Origin: Gemmata obscuriglobus
GTDB taxonomy: Bacteria; Planctomycetota; Planctomycetia; Gemmatales; Gemmataceae
Direction of reading: 5' to 3'
Assembly: GCF_008065095.1 (NCBI RefSeq)
Contig: NZ_CP042911.1
Location: 4,500,001 to 4,532,000, forward strand
DNA: 32,000 nt
Under the pieces are notes generated by a model that made no database searches, was not told the DNA's origin, and saw nothing but the letters and a program-made list of their open reading frames with translations. Positions within the stretch are counted from its first letter, which is position 1. The number at the start of each line of letters is the position of its first letter. Positions 1-7,534 of this stretch are shown piece by piece. A program made the position numbers and the translations under genes.

Positions 1-858
1 GAAACGCTACGGAAACTGAGGCGAGACCTCGCAGCCTTAAAAAAGACACGCTACTCGAACTTGTCGGCGTGGGAAACGGTGCTCGTGTCACGGCACCGAA
101 ACCGACCACAGTTCCTCGACTACGTTGACATGATCTTCGACGAGTTCGCCGAGTTGCACGGCGACCGCGCGATCGGGGACGACCGTGCGATTCGGGCCGG
201 CTTCGCGCGTGTGGACGGCCATAAGGTCATGCTCATCGGTCATCAGAAAGGCAAAACCTTGGCCGAGCGCCAGCAGTGTTACTACGGCTGCGCGCACCCG
301 GAGGGCTATCGCAAGGCGCTAGCAAAGATGCACCTCGCGTCAAAGTATCGTCTGCCAATCGTCTGCCTGATCGACACTCCGGGAGCGTTCCCTGGGATTG
401 GTGCGGAAGAGCGCGGGCAGTCGCAGTTGATCGCAACAAGTATTATCGAGATGACCAAATTGGCAACGCCGATCGTTTGTGTTGTGATCGGTGAGGGGGG
501 CTCAGGCGGGGCACTTGGGATCGGCGTTGGAGATTCGATCGGGATGCTCCAGCACGCCTACTATTCAGTCATCAGCCCAGAGGGATGCGCCGGGATTTTG
601 TGGAAGGTGGCGACCGACGAAACCAAACCGAAAGCAGCAGAAGCTCTGCGCCTAACGGCGAAAGACTTGAGCCGCGTGGGTGTTATCGACACAGTGGTCG
701 AGGAGCCGCTAGGCGGCGCACACCGTGACCCACGTGGCATGGGCGGCATCCTCAAATCACACCTGTCACGGGAACTGCGGCGGCTTTCGACGTTATCGGA
801 TAGCGCGCTTCTGGAAGAACGCTATGGCAAATTTCGGCGAATGGGCTTCTTCTCGTAG
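1..858 (+). CDS. accA: acetyl-CoA carboxylase carboxyltransferase subunit alpha, 5'-truncated by the window edge
   Basis: Frame 1 is open from base 1, so the TTG at 61 in the ORF track is probably internal. The translation carries AccA-typical motifs: RHRNRPQFLDY, IDTPGAFPGIGAEERGQS, GEGGSGGALGIG and ISPEGCAGILW. Stop TAG at 856-858. Confidence 0.9.
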   Translation, partial: ETLRKLRRDLAALKKTRYSNLSAWETVLVSRHRNRPQFLDYVDMIFDEFAELHGDRAIGDDRAIRAGFARVDGHKVMLIGHQKGKTLAERQQCYYGCAHPEGYRKALAKMHLASKYRLPIVCLIDTPGAFPGIGAEERGQSQLIATSIIEMTKLATPIVCVVIGEGGSGGALGIGVGDSIGMLQHAYYSVISPEGCAGILWKVATDETKPKAAEALRLTAKDLSRVGVIDTVVEEPLGGAHRDPRGMGGILKSHLSRELRRLSTLSDSALLEERYGKFRRMGFFS

Positions 859-866
859 CATTTAAA

Positions 867-910
867 GCTCGTTTCCAGTTTCGGAGTCTCGACGCGTGCT
901 GGAAACGAGC
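867..910 (+). terminator. putative stem-loop or terminator downstream of accA
   Basis: Perfect 12-bp inverted repeat, GCTCGTTTCCAG (867-878) and CTGGAAACGAGC (899-910), with a 20-nt loop. It begins 9 nt after the accA stop. No clear T-tract follows, so intrinsic-terminator function is uncertain. Confidence 0.4.
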
Positions 911-920
911 GACATCGACA

Positions 921-1000
921 TTACATAATATCAATTATCAGACGTGATGACTCGGCAACCAGCTGTGTGGTAGTGAGTCCGATAATGATTCTTATGTATT
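921..1000 (+). promoter_or_regulatory. AT-rich promoter or operator candidate with Fur-family-box-like hexamers
   Basis: Conspicuously AT-rich island in a GC-rich window, directly upstream of the six-gene plus-strand string. GATAATGAT at 981-989 equals the first 9 nt of the classical Fur box GATAATGATAATCATTATC. The minus strand of 925-940 reads TGATAATTGATATTAT (GATAAT plus TGATAT hexamers). Confidence 0.3.
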
Positions 1001-1055
1001 CTTAACTTTGAATAGCATACTCGCCGAATCTCTCGAGCTCGCTACAACCGCGAGA

Positions 1056-2351
1056 ATGGAAAGCAATTCAACGATGCTCCCGGCCGAGTTGCGCTGCGCA
1101 ATGGTCGGGTTCGGAATGATCTTCGACGAAACGTACCGCCCCGTTTTCGAGAGACGTTGTCACGATCCGCTCTACGCGGTTGAAAGCGGTCCGGTTTACC
1201 TTCGCCTCAGTGCAGTTGCCTCTCGCACAGGCGAGCGTGTGTCACGATTCGTTGCATCAACTCCGATTGCGCCTTTTCAGGGGATTCAGAGTTTCACGGG
1301 TGCCGCGGCGATCGCGGATTTACTCGCCACAGATTGCCACACAGTGTGCGTTGCCACTCCGGACGACAGGCACTTCGAGGCGGCACGTGCCGCACTGATC
1401 GCAAAAAAGCACGTATTGATCGAGAAGCCGTCCGTTCTGTCCCTTCGTGAGCTCGACGAATTAACGCAATTGGCAGCCAAAAATGGTGTCTTGGCCAAAG
1501 TCGTGTACCACAAACTCGCCGACCCGGACCACAAGAAACTCAGGACCCTGTACCAGGACGGCGTTCTGCGGCACGTTAACAACGGCTACTGCACCCTCCT
1601 CGAGCCCAAGTCCATCAGCGGCGGCCAGTTCGCAGAGTGGATCGCCGGCCGAAACCCCGCAACTTACGTCGCGGTCCACTACCTGAAACTCATTGACTTC
1701 ACCTTCGGTCCCGAGTGGTCGCTCTGCCGCGTGTCGGCTACCGGTCAGCGAGGACTCGTTGGGGCAGCAACCGGCACCACCTGGGACTCTGTGCAACTTC
1801 AAATCGTGTACCGGCATCCAGACCAGCGCGAAGCGGCCTTCGACATCCACACGAGTTGGGTCGCGCCAGATAATTTTCCGGGTTACGTTGATCAGGAGGT
1901 GCAATTCCGGTTCGACAACGGCGTTTGGAATGCCCATCAGCGGAAGCGCGGTGTTGAACTCACCGTCGAAAATCGCACCCCTGGCGAACTCAAGTACACT
2001 CCGAACTATCACTATAACGGAACGTTCCTTGAACCGTGGGGCGAACGGTCGCAGCGCGGTTACGGGATCGAGGTCATCGAGCGGTTTTTCCAAGAAGTGG
2101 CGTTCGTCGAGTTCGGCGGCTCTCCAAACGAACGGGCGCATCGTTTAAGCGCGATGCGCGCCCTCGATTACAACGACCTTTCTGCCGACCGAAACTGCGT
2201 CGCGATCGTCCAAGCCCTTGAAGCTGTTCTCGGGCGCGCGGCCAGCGGCACTCCGGGTTGCGTGGTCAAGGTGAATGAACCCCTCGGCGGGTTGGTGCTG
2301 TACGAACCGGGAAACGCCACGCCGCTCGTCATTTACCACAACCGAGTCTAA
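1056..2351 (+). CDS. Gfo/Idh/MocA-family NAD(P)-dependent oxidoreductase (long, atypical)
   Basis: N-terminal Rossmann-like MVGFGMIFDETY. The family signature VLIEKP lies in the context CVATPDDRHFEAARAALIAKKHVLIEKPSVLSLRELDEL. The ORF is open from TTG 1008, but I prefer ATG 1056 (ATG 1074 is also possible) because 1008 lies inside the AT-rich putative promoter. Stop TAA at 2349-2351. Confidence 0.75.
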   Translation: MESNSTMLPAELRCAMVGFGMIFDETYRPVFERRCHDPLYAVESGPVYLRLSAVASRTGERVSRFVASTPIAPFQGIQSFTGAAAIADLLATDCHTVCVATPDDRHFEAARAALIAKKHVLIEKPSVLSLRELDELTQLAAKNGVLAKVVYHKLADPDHKKLRTLYQDGVLRHVNNGYCTLLEPKSISGGQFAEWIAGRNPATYVAVHYLKLIDFTFGPEWSLCRVSATGQRGLVGAATGTTWDSVQLQIVYRHPDQREAAFDIHTSWVAPDNFPGYVDQEVQFRFDNGVWNAHQRKRGVELTVENRTPGELKYTPNYHYNGTFLEPWGERSQRGYGIEVIERFFQEVAFVEFGGSPNERAHRLSAMRALDYNDLSADRNCVAIVQALEAVLGRAASGTPGCVVKVNEPLGGLVLYEPGNATPLVIYHNRV

Positions 2352-2353
2352 CC

Positions 2354-2896
2354 GTGGATGAGAAGCAACGCACCGGAATCAGTAAGTTTTTATCGAAAGT
2401 GCTCCGACACGAACCCGAATCGGCCGGACTCACCCTGGAACGCGGGGGGTGGGTGCCGATTGTCGACCTACTCTCTGGACTCGCGCGATCAGGCACGCGC
2501 ATTTCGCGCGAGGATCTCGATGTCGTCGTTTCGGAATGCGAGAAGCAGCGCTTCGCGATCGACGATACCGGCACCAAGATCCGGGCAAACCAGGGGCACT
2601 CAGCCGAGGTCGAGCTTCAATTTGAACCCGTCGAACCGCCGACGGAGTTGTACGACGGCACCACCGAAACGAACATCTCATCAGTTCTTCGTGATGGGTT
2701 GTTGAAAATGGCGCGGCACCACGTTCACCTCTCGGCAGATGGCACCACCGCGCGAAAGGTGGGCGGACGCCACGGCAAGCCAGTGGTTATCACTGTTCAC
2801 GCGGCACAGATGAGTGCCGACGGCTACATCTTTTACCGCTCCGCAAACGGGGTGTGGCTTGTGGATCACGTCCCGCCTCAGTACCTTCGGCTGTAG
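2354..2896 (+). CDS. kptA: RNA 2'-phosphotransferase (Tpt1/KptA family)
   Basis: 180 aa. KptA hallmarks: ISKFLSKVLRHEPESAGLTLERGGWVPIVDLL, IRANQGHS and HVHLS. GTG start lies 2 nt after the upstream stop. Confidence 0.85.
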   Translation: MDEKQRTGISKFLSKVLRHEPESAGLTLERGGWVPIVDLLSGLARSGTRISREDLDVVVSECEKQRFAIDDTGTKIRANQGHSAEVELQFEPVEPPTELYDGTTETNISSVLRDGLLKMARHHVHLSADGTTARKVGGRHGKPVVITVHAAQMSADGYIFYRSANGVWLVDHVPPQYLRL

Positions 2897-2914
2897 TCAC
2901 ACCGGAGAGACACG

Positions 2915-4318
2915 ATGGTCCCACCCATTCAACACCCGCGCGAGCCGGATTCCAACGCGGGACGAACTGAACTGGCGCGCGTTGAGCCGCACTCGCTCCG
3001 AACGTTCACGCCAACACAGGCGGTGCTGAGCGCCAGTGCCGGCATCTACCACTGGACGCCGGAAGGGCGGCGCCTGTACGACTTCACCTCCGGCGTGCTC
3101 GTTTCGAACTTGGGGCACAACCCCAGCGCCTGGACGCGGGCGTACTTCCGCTACATGGGCTGGCCCGCTCTCAACGGTTCAACTACCCCCCTGCCCCACC
3201 CGGCCCCGGCTGGCTACTTCCCCGCGGTCCCAATGACCGCTTACAACGCTGTCACCCCAGTAGAGGTGCAAGCGAGCGCGCGGCTGATCGAGCTCATGCG
3301 TTCCGCCCCCGGCGGAAATCGAATGGAACAGGTGCTGTGGGCGGCGTCTGGGTCGGAAGCGATTCAGAAGGCGCTCTGGGCCGCACTCGCACGCGACCGA
3401 AGCCGCCCAATGATCATTGCCACCCGGCACGGCTTCCACGGCAAGAAGGGACTTTCCAACGCCGTTACCGGGAGTGAGACCGACGCCGAGCGCGACCCGA
3501 GGGTCAAGTTCATCTCGTTCCCGATGGCCGAGTGCCGCGACATCAGCCTCCGCGGCCAACCCTTCGACTTTACGCCGTATCAGAAGGAACTGGACGCTCT
3601 TCGCCATCAGTACGGTATGAAGCTGGGCACACTCATCACCGAACCCTACCTCGGGGGCGGCGGTTCGTATCACCCGCCGAAGGAGTACCTCCAGGGGTTG
3701 GAGCGGTTCTGCCGGGAACATGACATAGTTTTTATTATCGACGAAGTGCAGGCAAACTTCGGTCGCACCGGGGCGATGTTCGCGTTCGAGACTTACGGGC
3801 TTGAGCCCGACATTGTGGTGTTAGGGAAAGGGCTCGGGAACGGTATTCCGGTTGCGGCAGCGGTCGGCAAAACCGATATTTTTGATTCTCTCGGCTACGG
3901 GGAAGCCTCGGACACTTGGAGCGCGAACCCGCTCTGTTGCGCCGCCGTACAGGCTACGTTGGACGCTTTTGAGCGCGCGGACGTTCTCGGGCAAATGAAG
4001 CCGAGTTCCGCGATCATCGAGCGCGGCCTCGTCGCATTGAAAGAACTGCCCTTCGTTGCCAACGTTCGCGGCGAAGACGGCGGTATGGTTTGGGGCGTCG
4101 AGATGCGCGATTTTGCCGAGCGCACGGCCGCCGAATGGGCGAATGCTCTCGTTCTGGCCTGCTACCAGGGTGACGGCTCCGAGTCCGACGGCATACACCT
4201 GCTCGGCCCCCTCGCAAAGAAGGTGGTTCGCGTGTCACCTCCGCTGGTGATTACCCCCGACGAGGCCCACACCGCCGTCACACTCATGCTCCGCTCCGCG
4301 CGGCGCATGACCGCATAG
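2915..4318 (+). CDS. class-III (acetylornithine/GABA/GSA-type) PLP-dependent aminotransferase
   Basis: Motifs SGVLVSNLGHNP, DEVQANFGRTGAMFAFE and the PLP-lysine context VVLGKGLGNGIPVAA. GGAGAG Shine-Dalgarno at 2904-2909. Substrate cannot be inferred. Confidence 0.85.
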   Translation: MVPPIQHPREPDSNAGRTELARVEPHSLRTFTPTQAVLSASAGIYHWTPEGRRLYDFTSGVLVSNLGHNPSAWTRAYFRYMGWPALNGSTTPLPHPAPAGYFPAVPMTAYNAVTPVEVQASARLIELMRSAPGGNRMEQVLWAASGSEAIQKALWAALARDRSRPMIIATRHGFHGKKGLSNAVTGSETDAERDPRVKFISFPMAECRDISLRGQPFDFTPYQKELDALRHQYGMKLGTLITEPYLGGGGSYHPPKEYLQGLERFCREHDIVFIIDEVQANFGRTGAMFAFETYGLEPDIVVLGKGLGNGIPVAAAVGKTDIFDSLGYGEASDTWSANPLCCAAVQATLDAFERADVLGQMKPSSAIIERGLVALKELPFVANVRGEDGGMVWGVEMRDFAERTAAEWANALVLACYQGDGSESDGIHLLGPLAKKVVRVSPPLVITPDEAHTAVTLMLRSARRMTA

Positions 4319-4335
4319 CTCCCTGGGAGTCTGAC

Positions 4336-5343
4336 ATGCCCGAAGCGTGCATTGCCGACGCCCTCGGCTGGGTGGCCCACGCGGCCGGAACGCACTTGTT
4401 CGTCGTCAAAGGCATTCTCGCCCTTTTGGTGGTCTGCTCACTGTGCGGTTCCGTCGGTGCAATGGTGGTCGGCAACCGGATGGCGTTTTTCAGCGACGCG
4501 ATGGCTCACTGCGCGTTCGCGGGCGTCGCTCTGGGGTTCTTGAGCGTCCTGGTCCTCGGCACCGACAACAAGGCCACGGCCGCGTGGCTTGTTCCGTTGG
4601 TAATGGTTGCGTTCGGTGTTTTGGTCGGGGTCGGGATGATACTCGTGCGCGAGCGCACGGGGCTCGCGCACGATACGGTCATCGGCGTGTTCTTCGCGCT
4701 CGCGCTGGGGTTCGGCGCCATGCTGACCAAAATGGTTCAGAACGTCAGCAGCGTGAACCTCGAAACCTTCCTGTTCGGAAGCCTCGTACTCGTCGACGAG
4801 CTGGATCTGGTTTACCTCTGCGTGGTTCTGGCGCTCATGTGCGCCCTCTTCCTCTGGCGGTACAACCAGCTCATGTTCGCGAGCTTCAACCCGAGCCTCG
4901 CCCGAACCCGGCGCATGAGCGTTACTCTCAACAACTACCTCTTCATCATTTTGCTCGCGCTGGTCGTGAACCTGTCGATTAAAGCCGTCGGGGCGCTCCT
5001 GATCAACGCCCTCCTGATCGTCCCCGCCGCCGCCGCCGCGAACGTGTCCCGCACCCTGCGCCAGATGTTTTGGCTCACGATCGCCTTCTGTCTGGGGGCG
5101 GGCGGCCTCGGGTACTGGCTCAGTTCGCAGTTCACGATTTCCGTCGGCAATCAGAGAGTGGATTTCAGCCCGAGCGGCACAATCGTGGTCGTAAGCGTCG
5201 CCGGCTTCTTCCTGTCGATGGCGGCGGTCGCCGCGTGGAACCGGTTCGCGCCGATCTTCGGGGGGCGGCAGTTCCAGCAGTTCCACCGGCACGGACCGGA
5301 CGACCCTTGCGGCGACGATCACCCGTTCGGACAATGCCCCTAA
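4336..5343 (+). CDS. ABC-3 family metal (Zn/Mn/Fe-type) ABC transporter permease, ZnuB/MntB/TroC-like
   Basis: Polytopic membrane protein with the ABC-3-typical FFSDAMAHCAFAGVALG segment and an LLIVPAAAA helix. GGGAG Shine-Dalgarno at 4325-4329, 17 nt after the aminotransferase stop. The C-terminal tail is rich in His, Cys and Asp (FHRHGPDDPCGDDHPFGQCP). Confidence 0.8.
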   Translation: MPEACIADALGWVAHAAGTHLFVVKGILALLVVCSLCGSVGAMVVGNRMAFFSDAMAHCAFAGVALGFLSVLVLGTDNKATAAWLVPLVMVAFGVLVGVGMILVRERTGLAHDTVIGVFFALALGFGAMLTKMVQNVSSVNLETFLFGSLVLVDELDLVYLCVVLALMCALFLWRYNQLMFASFNPSLARTRRMSVTLNNYLFIILLALVVNLSIKAVGALLINALLIVPAAAAANVSRTLRQMFWLTIAFCLGAGGLGYWLSSQFTISVGNQRVDFSPSGTIVVVSVAGFFLSMAAVAAWNRFAPIFGGRQFQQFHRHGPDDPCGDDHPFGQCP

Positions 5344-5430
5344 ATACCCGCCAACGGCCCGTGAACACCCGCGCACGGGTCGGCGTACTACCCGTATCGG
5401 GTTCACCTTCCACGCGACGAGTAACCGCCT

Positions 5431-6399
5431 GTGTCAGGTATCCTCGACTTCCTGTTCCGGTTCAGTTCCGTGCTATGGGAGGCGATGCCGTTCGTCGTCT
5501 TGGGCGCGGTCGTTGCGGGCATCCTGGAAGAGTTCCTCCCGCAAGAGGCACTCACGAAGTTTTTACCCAAGGCCGTGCTCCCGTCGGTGATGATCGGCGC
5601 TGTGCTCGGGCTGCTGTTCCCGATGTGTGAGTGCGGTATCGTCGTCGTCATGCGGCGGTTGCTGCGAAAAGGGCTCCCGCTGTCGTGCTGCATCGCCTAC
5701 ATGCTCGCCGGGCCAGTCATTAACGGGGTCGTGATCTTCAGCACCTGGGTGGCTTTCAAGGACCACAAGATCGGTCCCGAGATGGTCGGACTGCGGGTCG
5801 GACTGGCGTTCATTGTGGCGTGCGTCACGGGCCTGATCGTCCAGCTACAATTCCGGAAGTACGGCAACGCGCTGCTGACGACGAGCGCGATCCCCCCGGT
5901 CAAGCCCACGGAGGCCGAAGCCCAGGCCGCACCGAAGCCGCGTGAGCCGCTCATGCGCCGGCTCGGGAACATCTCGGCCACAGCACTGCACGACTTCGTC
6001 GATATCATGGTGTTCCTGATCCTCGGGTGCGTGCTTGCGGCGATCGCCCGTATCTACATTACAGACACCCAGATCCAGAGCATCTCAACGGACCAGCCGT
6101 TTTTGGCGATCCCCGCGATGATGTTCCTGGCCGTGCTCATGTGCCTGTGCAGCGAGGCGGACGCGTTCGTCGCGGCGAGTTTCACCAAACTGCACGTCTC
6201 GGGAAAGCTCGCGTTCCTGGTGCTCGGGCCGATGCTCGACCTGAAACTGGTGCTCATGTTCACCCGCGTGTTCCGCACGCGGCTGATCGTGACAATCACC
6301 ATCAGCGTTATCGTGCTGACACTCATCCTGTGTGTCGGTGTTCACCTCGTGTACGATGCGAACAACTGGACCGGGCTCCCGCCCGGCGCCGCCGGTTAG
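5431..6399 (+). CDS. PF03773/COG0701-type permease (two-component membrane permease, large subunit)
   Basis: N-terminus LWEAMPFVVLGAVVAGILEEFLP. Two cysteine motifs typical of the family: FPMCECGIVVVMRRLLRKGLP and CLCSEADAFVAASF. GTG start. Confidence 0.8.
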   Translation: MSGILDFLFRFSSVLWEAMPFVVLGAVVAGILEEFLPQEALTKFLPKAVLPSVMIGAVLGLLFPMCECGIVVVMRRLLRKGLPLSCCIAYMLAGPVINGVVIFSTWVAFKDHKIGPEMVGLRVGLAFIVACVTGLIVQLQFRKYGNALLTTSAIPPVKPTEAEAQAAPKPREPLMRRLGNISATALHDFVDIMVFLILGCVLAAIARIYITDTQIQSISTDQPFLAIPAMMFLAVLMCLCSEADAFVAASFTKLHVSGKLAFLVLGPMLDLKLVLMFTRVFRTRLIVTITISVIVLTLILCVGVHLVYDANNWTGLPPGAAG

Positions 6400-6421
6400 C
6401 AGCCGGTTTAGGAGGAATAGC

Positions 6422-7447
6422 ATGCCCCACAGCCACGCCGGGTGTCAGTCGCCGCGCGACTACTTCACCGAGCAGTTGCTCACGATCTTCGTGTGCGGGG
6501 GACTCGGATTCGTCGCGATTCAGCTCTACCGCAGCGACATGCTGCGACACATCCTCGCGCCGCAGTTCCACCTCCCGGTACTCATTGGCGGGATCGTGGT
6601 GTTCGTGCTGGTGCTTCTTCGTGCCATCACCGTGTGGCGCGAGGCCGGCGAATTGGTCCCGGTCGACTCGAACGACCCGACGTGTCGTGAGAACCATGTT
6701 CACACCGCGTCGTGCAACCATCTCCCGGGCCTGCCCGGCGCGCCCAACACCGATGAGAACCTCGTGGACGACCACGGGCACAGTCACGACATGTCCTGGG
6801 TGTTCGCCCGGATGCTGATCCTCGTGTTCCCGATCACCCTGTACTTCCTGGGGATTCCGAACACGGGGCTCAGCGCCGACGCTCAGCGGGCCGCACTCGG
6901 GAACGAGGTCGAACTGCAAAGCAGCGCCGATCTCGCGCAGCTCGCGCCGACGGCCACGGTTAAGAGCGTCGAAGAAAAACCGGACGGGACACTCGTGCGC
7001 GTATTGCAGACGGACAAGGGGTTCCAGATCCGCGAAGTGACGGAAAAGAACAAGCCGCCGGTCTATTCGGTCGTTGCTCAGGCCGGGATCGAGATGCGGT
7101 TCAACGACTTGACCGAGGCGGCGTTCAGCGAGGACAAGCGCCGCTCCTACGCCGGCAGCACCGCGATTCTCGAAGGGCGCTTCAACCCCCTCAGCGACAA
7201 GCAGTTTACGCTGTTTCGACAGAAGATGACGTGCTGCGGTCAGGACTCGGTGATGCTGAAGGTGCGGATCATCTCGCCGCAAGTCGTGAGCCGTAACTAC
7301 TTCGACTGGGTTCGCGTCAAGGGAGTGATCGACTTCGTTAAAGCGCCTGGCGCCGAAGAACGTTACGTTCCGGTACTTCGACTGCAAGACGTAACGGATG
7401 TCACGCTCATCCCGAAGGACCAGATCAAGAACGAGTATGAGTTCTGA
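6422..7447 (+). CDS. TIGR03943/DUF1980-like membrane protein (partner of the PF03773 permease)
   Basis: ATG 6422 is preceded by GGAGGA at 6411-6416, 22 nt after the permease stop, so the track ORF start at 6332 would overlap the permease. N-terminal TM helices, a His/Cys-rich linker, and a C-terminal domain with FRQKMTCCGQDS, which resembles the family CC-x-x-D motif as I recall it. Confidence 0.75.
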   Translation: MPHSHAGCQSPRDYFTEQLLTIFVCGGLGFVAIQLYRSDMLRHILAPQFHLPVLIGGIVVFVLVLLRAITVWREAGELVPVDSNDPTCRENHVHTASCNHLPGLPGAPNTDENLVDDHGHSHDMSWVFARMLILVFPITLYFLGIPNTGLSADAQRAALGNEVELQSSADLAQLAPTATVKSVEEKPDGTLVRVLQTDKGFQIREVTEKNKPPVYSVVAQAGIEMRFNDLTEAAFSEDKRRSYAGSTAILEGRFNPLSDKQFTLFRQKMTCCGQDSVMLKVRIISPQVVSRNYFDWVRVKGVIDFVKAPGAEERYVPVLRLQDVTDVTLIPKDQIKNEYEF

Positions 7448-7467
7448 CCTCACCAATTCACAGTGAT

Positions 7468-7508
7468 CAGAAGGGCTGCGATGACCACCTCCGTCACAGC
7501 CCCTTCTG
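7468..7508. terminator. putative bidirectional terminator hairpin between convergent genes
   Basis: CAGAAGGGCTG (7468-7478) pairs with CAGCCCCTTCTG (7497-7508), with one bulged C and an 18-nt loop. It sits between the stop of the plus-strand CDS (7447) and the stop of the minus-strand megaprotein (7535). Confidence 0.45.
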
Positions 7509-7534
7509 GTTACAGACAAAGTAGCGCGGCGTGT

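Noticed and set aside
1056-4318. Idea that the Gfo/Idh/MocA oxidoreductase plus aminotransferase are GnnA/GnnB (UDP-GlcNAc3N synthesis for diamino-lipid A), given lpxD/lpxI in the same window
   Set aside because: GnnB-type enzymes belong to the DegT/DnrJ/EryC1 aminotransferase family. This aminotransferase has class-III signatures (DEVQxxFGRTG, LGKGLGNG). The lpx genes are also 13 kb away on the other strand.
4438-5406. 322-aa ORF antisense to the ABC-3 permease. Similar long antisense or out-of-frame ORFs occur at 6323-7519 (-), 6027-6818 (+), 8208-9305 (+), 9251-10114 (+), 14451-15443 (+), 17364-18275 (+), 18169-19710 (+), 21272-22222 (-), 22476-23159 (-), 26748-28178 (+), 29343-30164 (+) and 30553-31629 (+).
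   Set aside because: All lie opposite to, or out of frame with, genes that carry clear family motifs. Their translations are Arg/Pro/Gly/Ala-rich low-complexity strings, typical of stop-codon-poor frames in high-GC DNA. None shows a recognisable motif.
5344-5430. Small hairpin CCCGTG...CACGGG in the 87-nt gap between the ABC-3 permease and the PF03773 permease
   Set aside because: It has only a 6-bp stem with a 10-nt loop and no T-tract, which is too weak to claim an attenuator or terminator.
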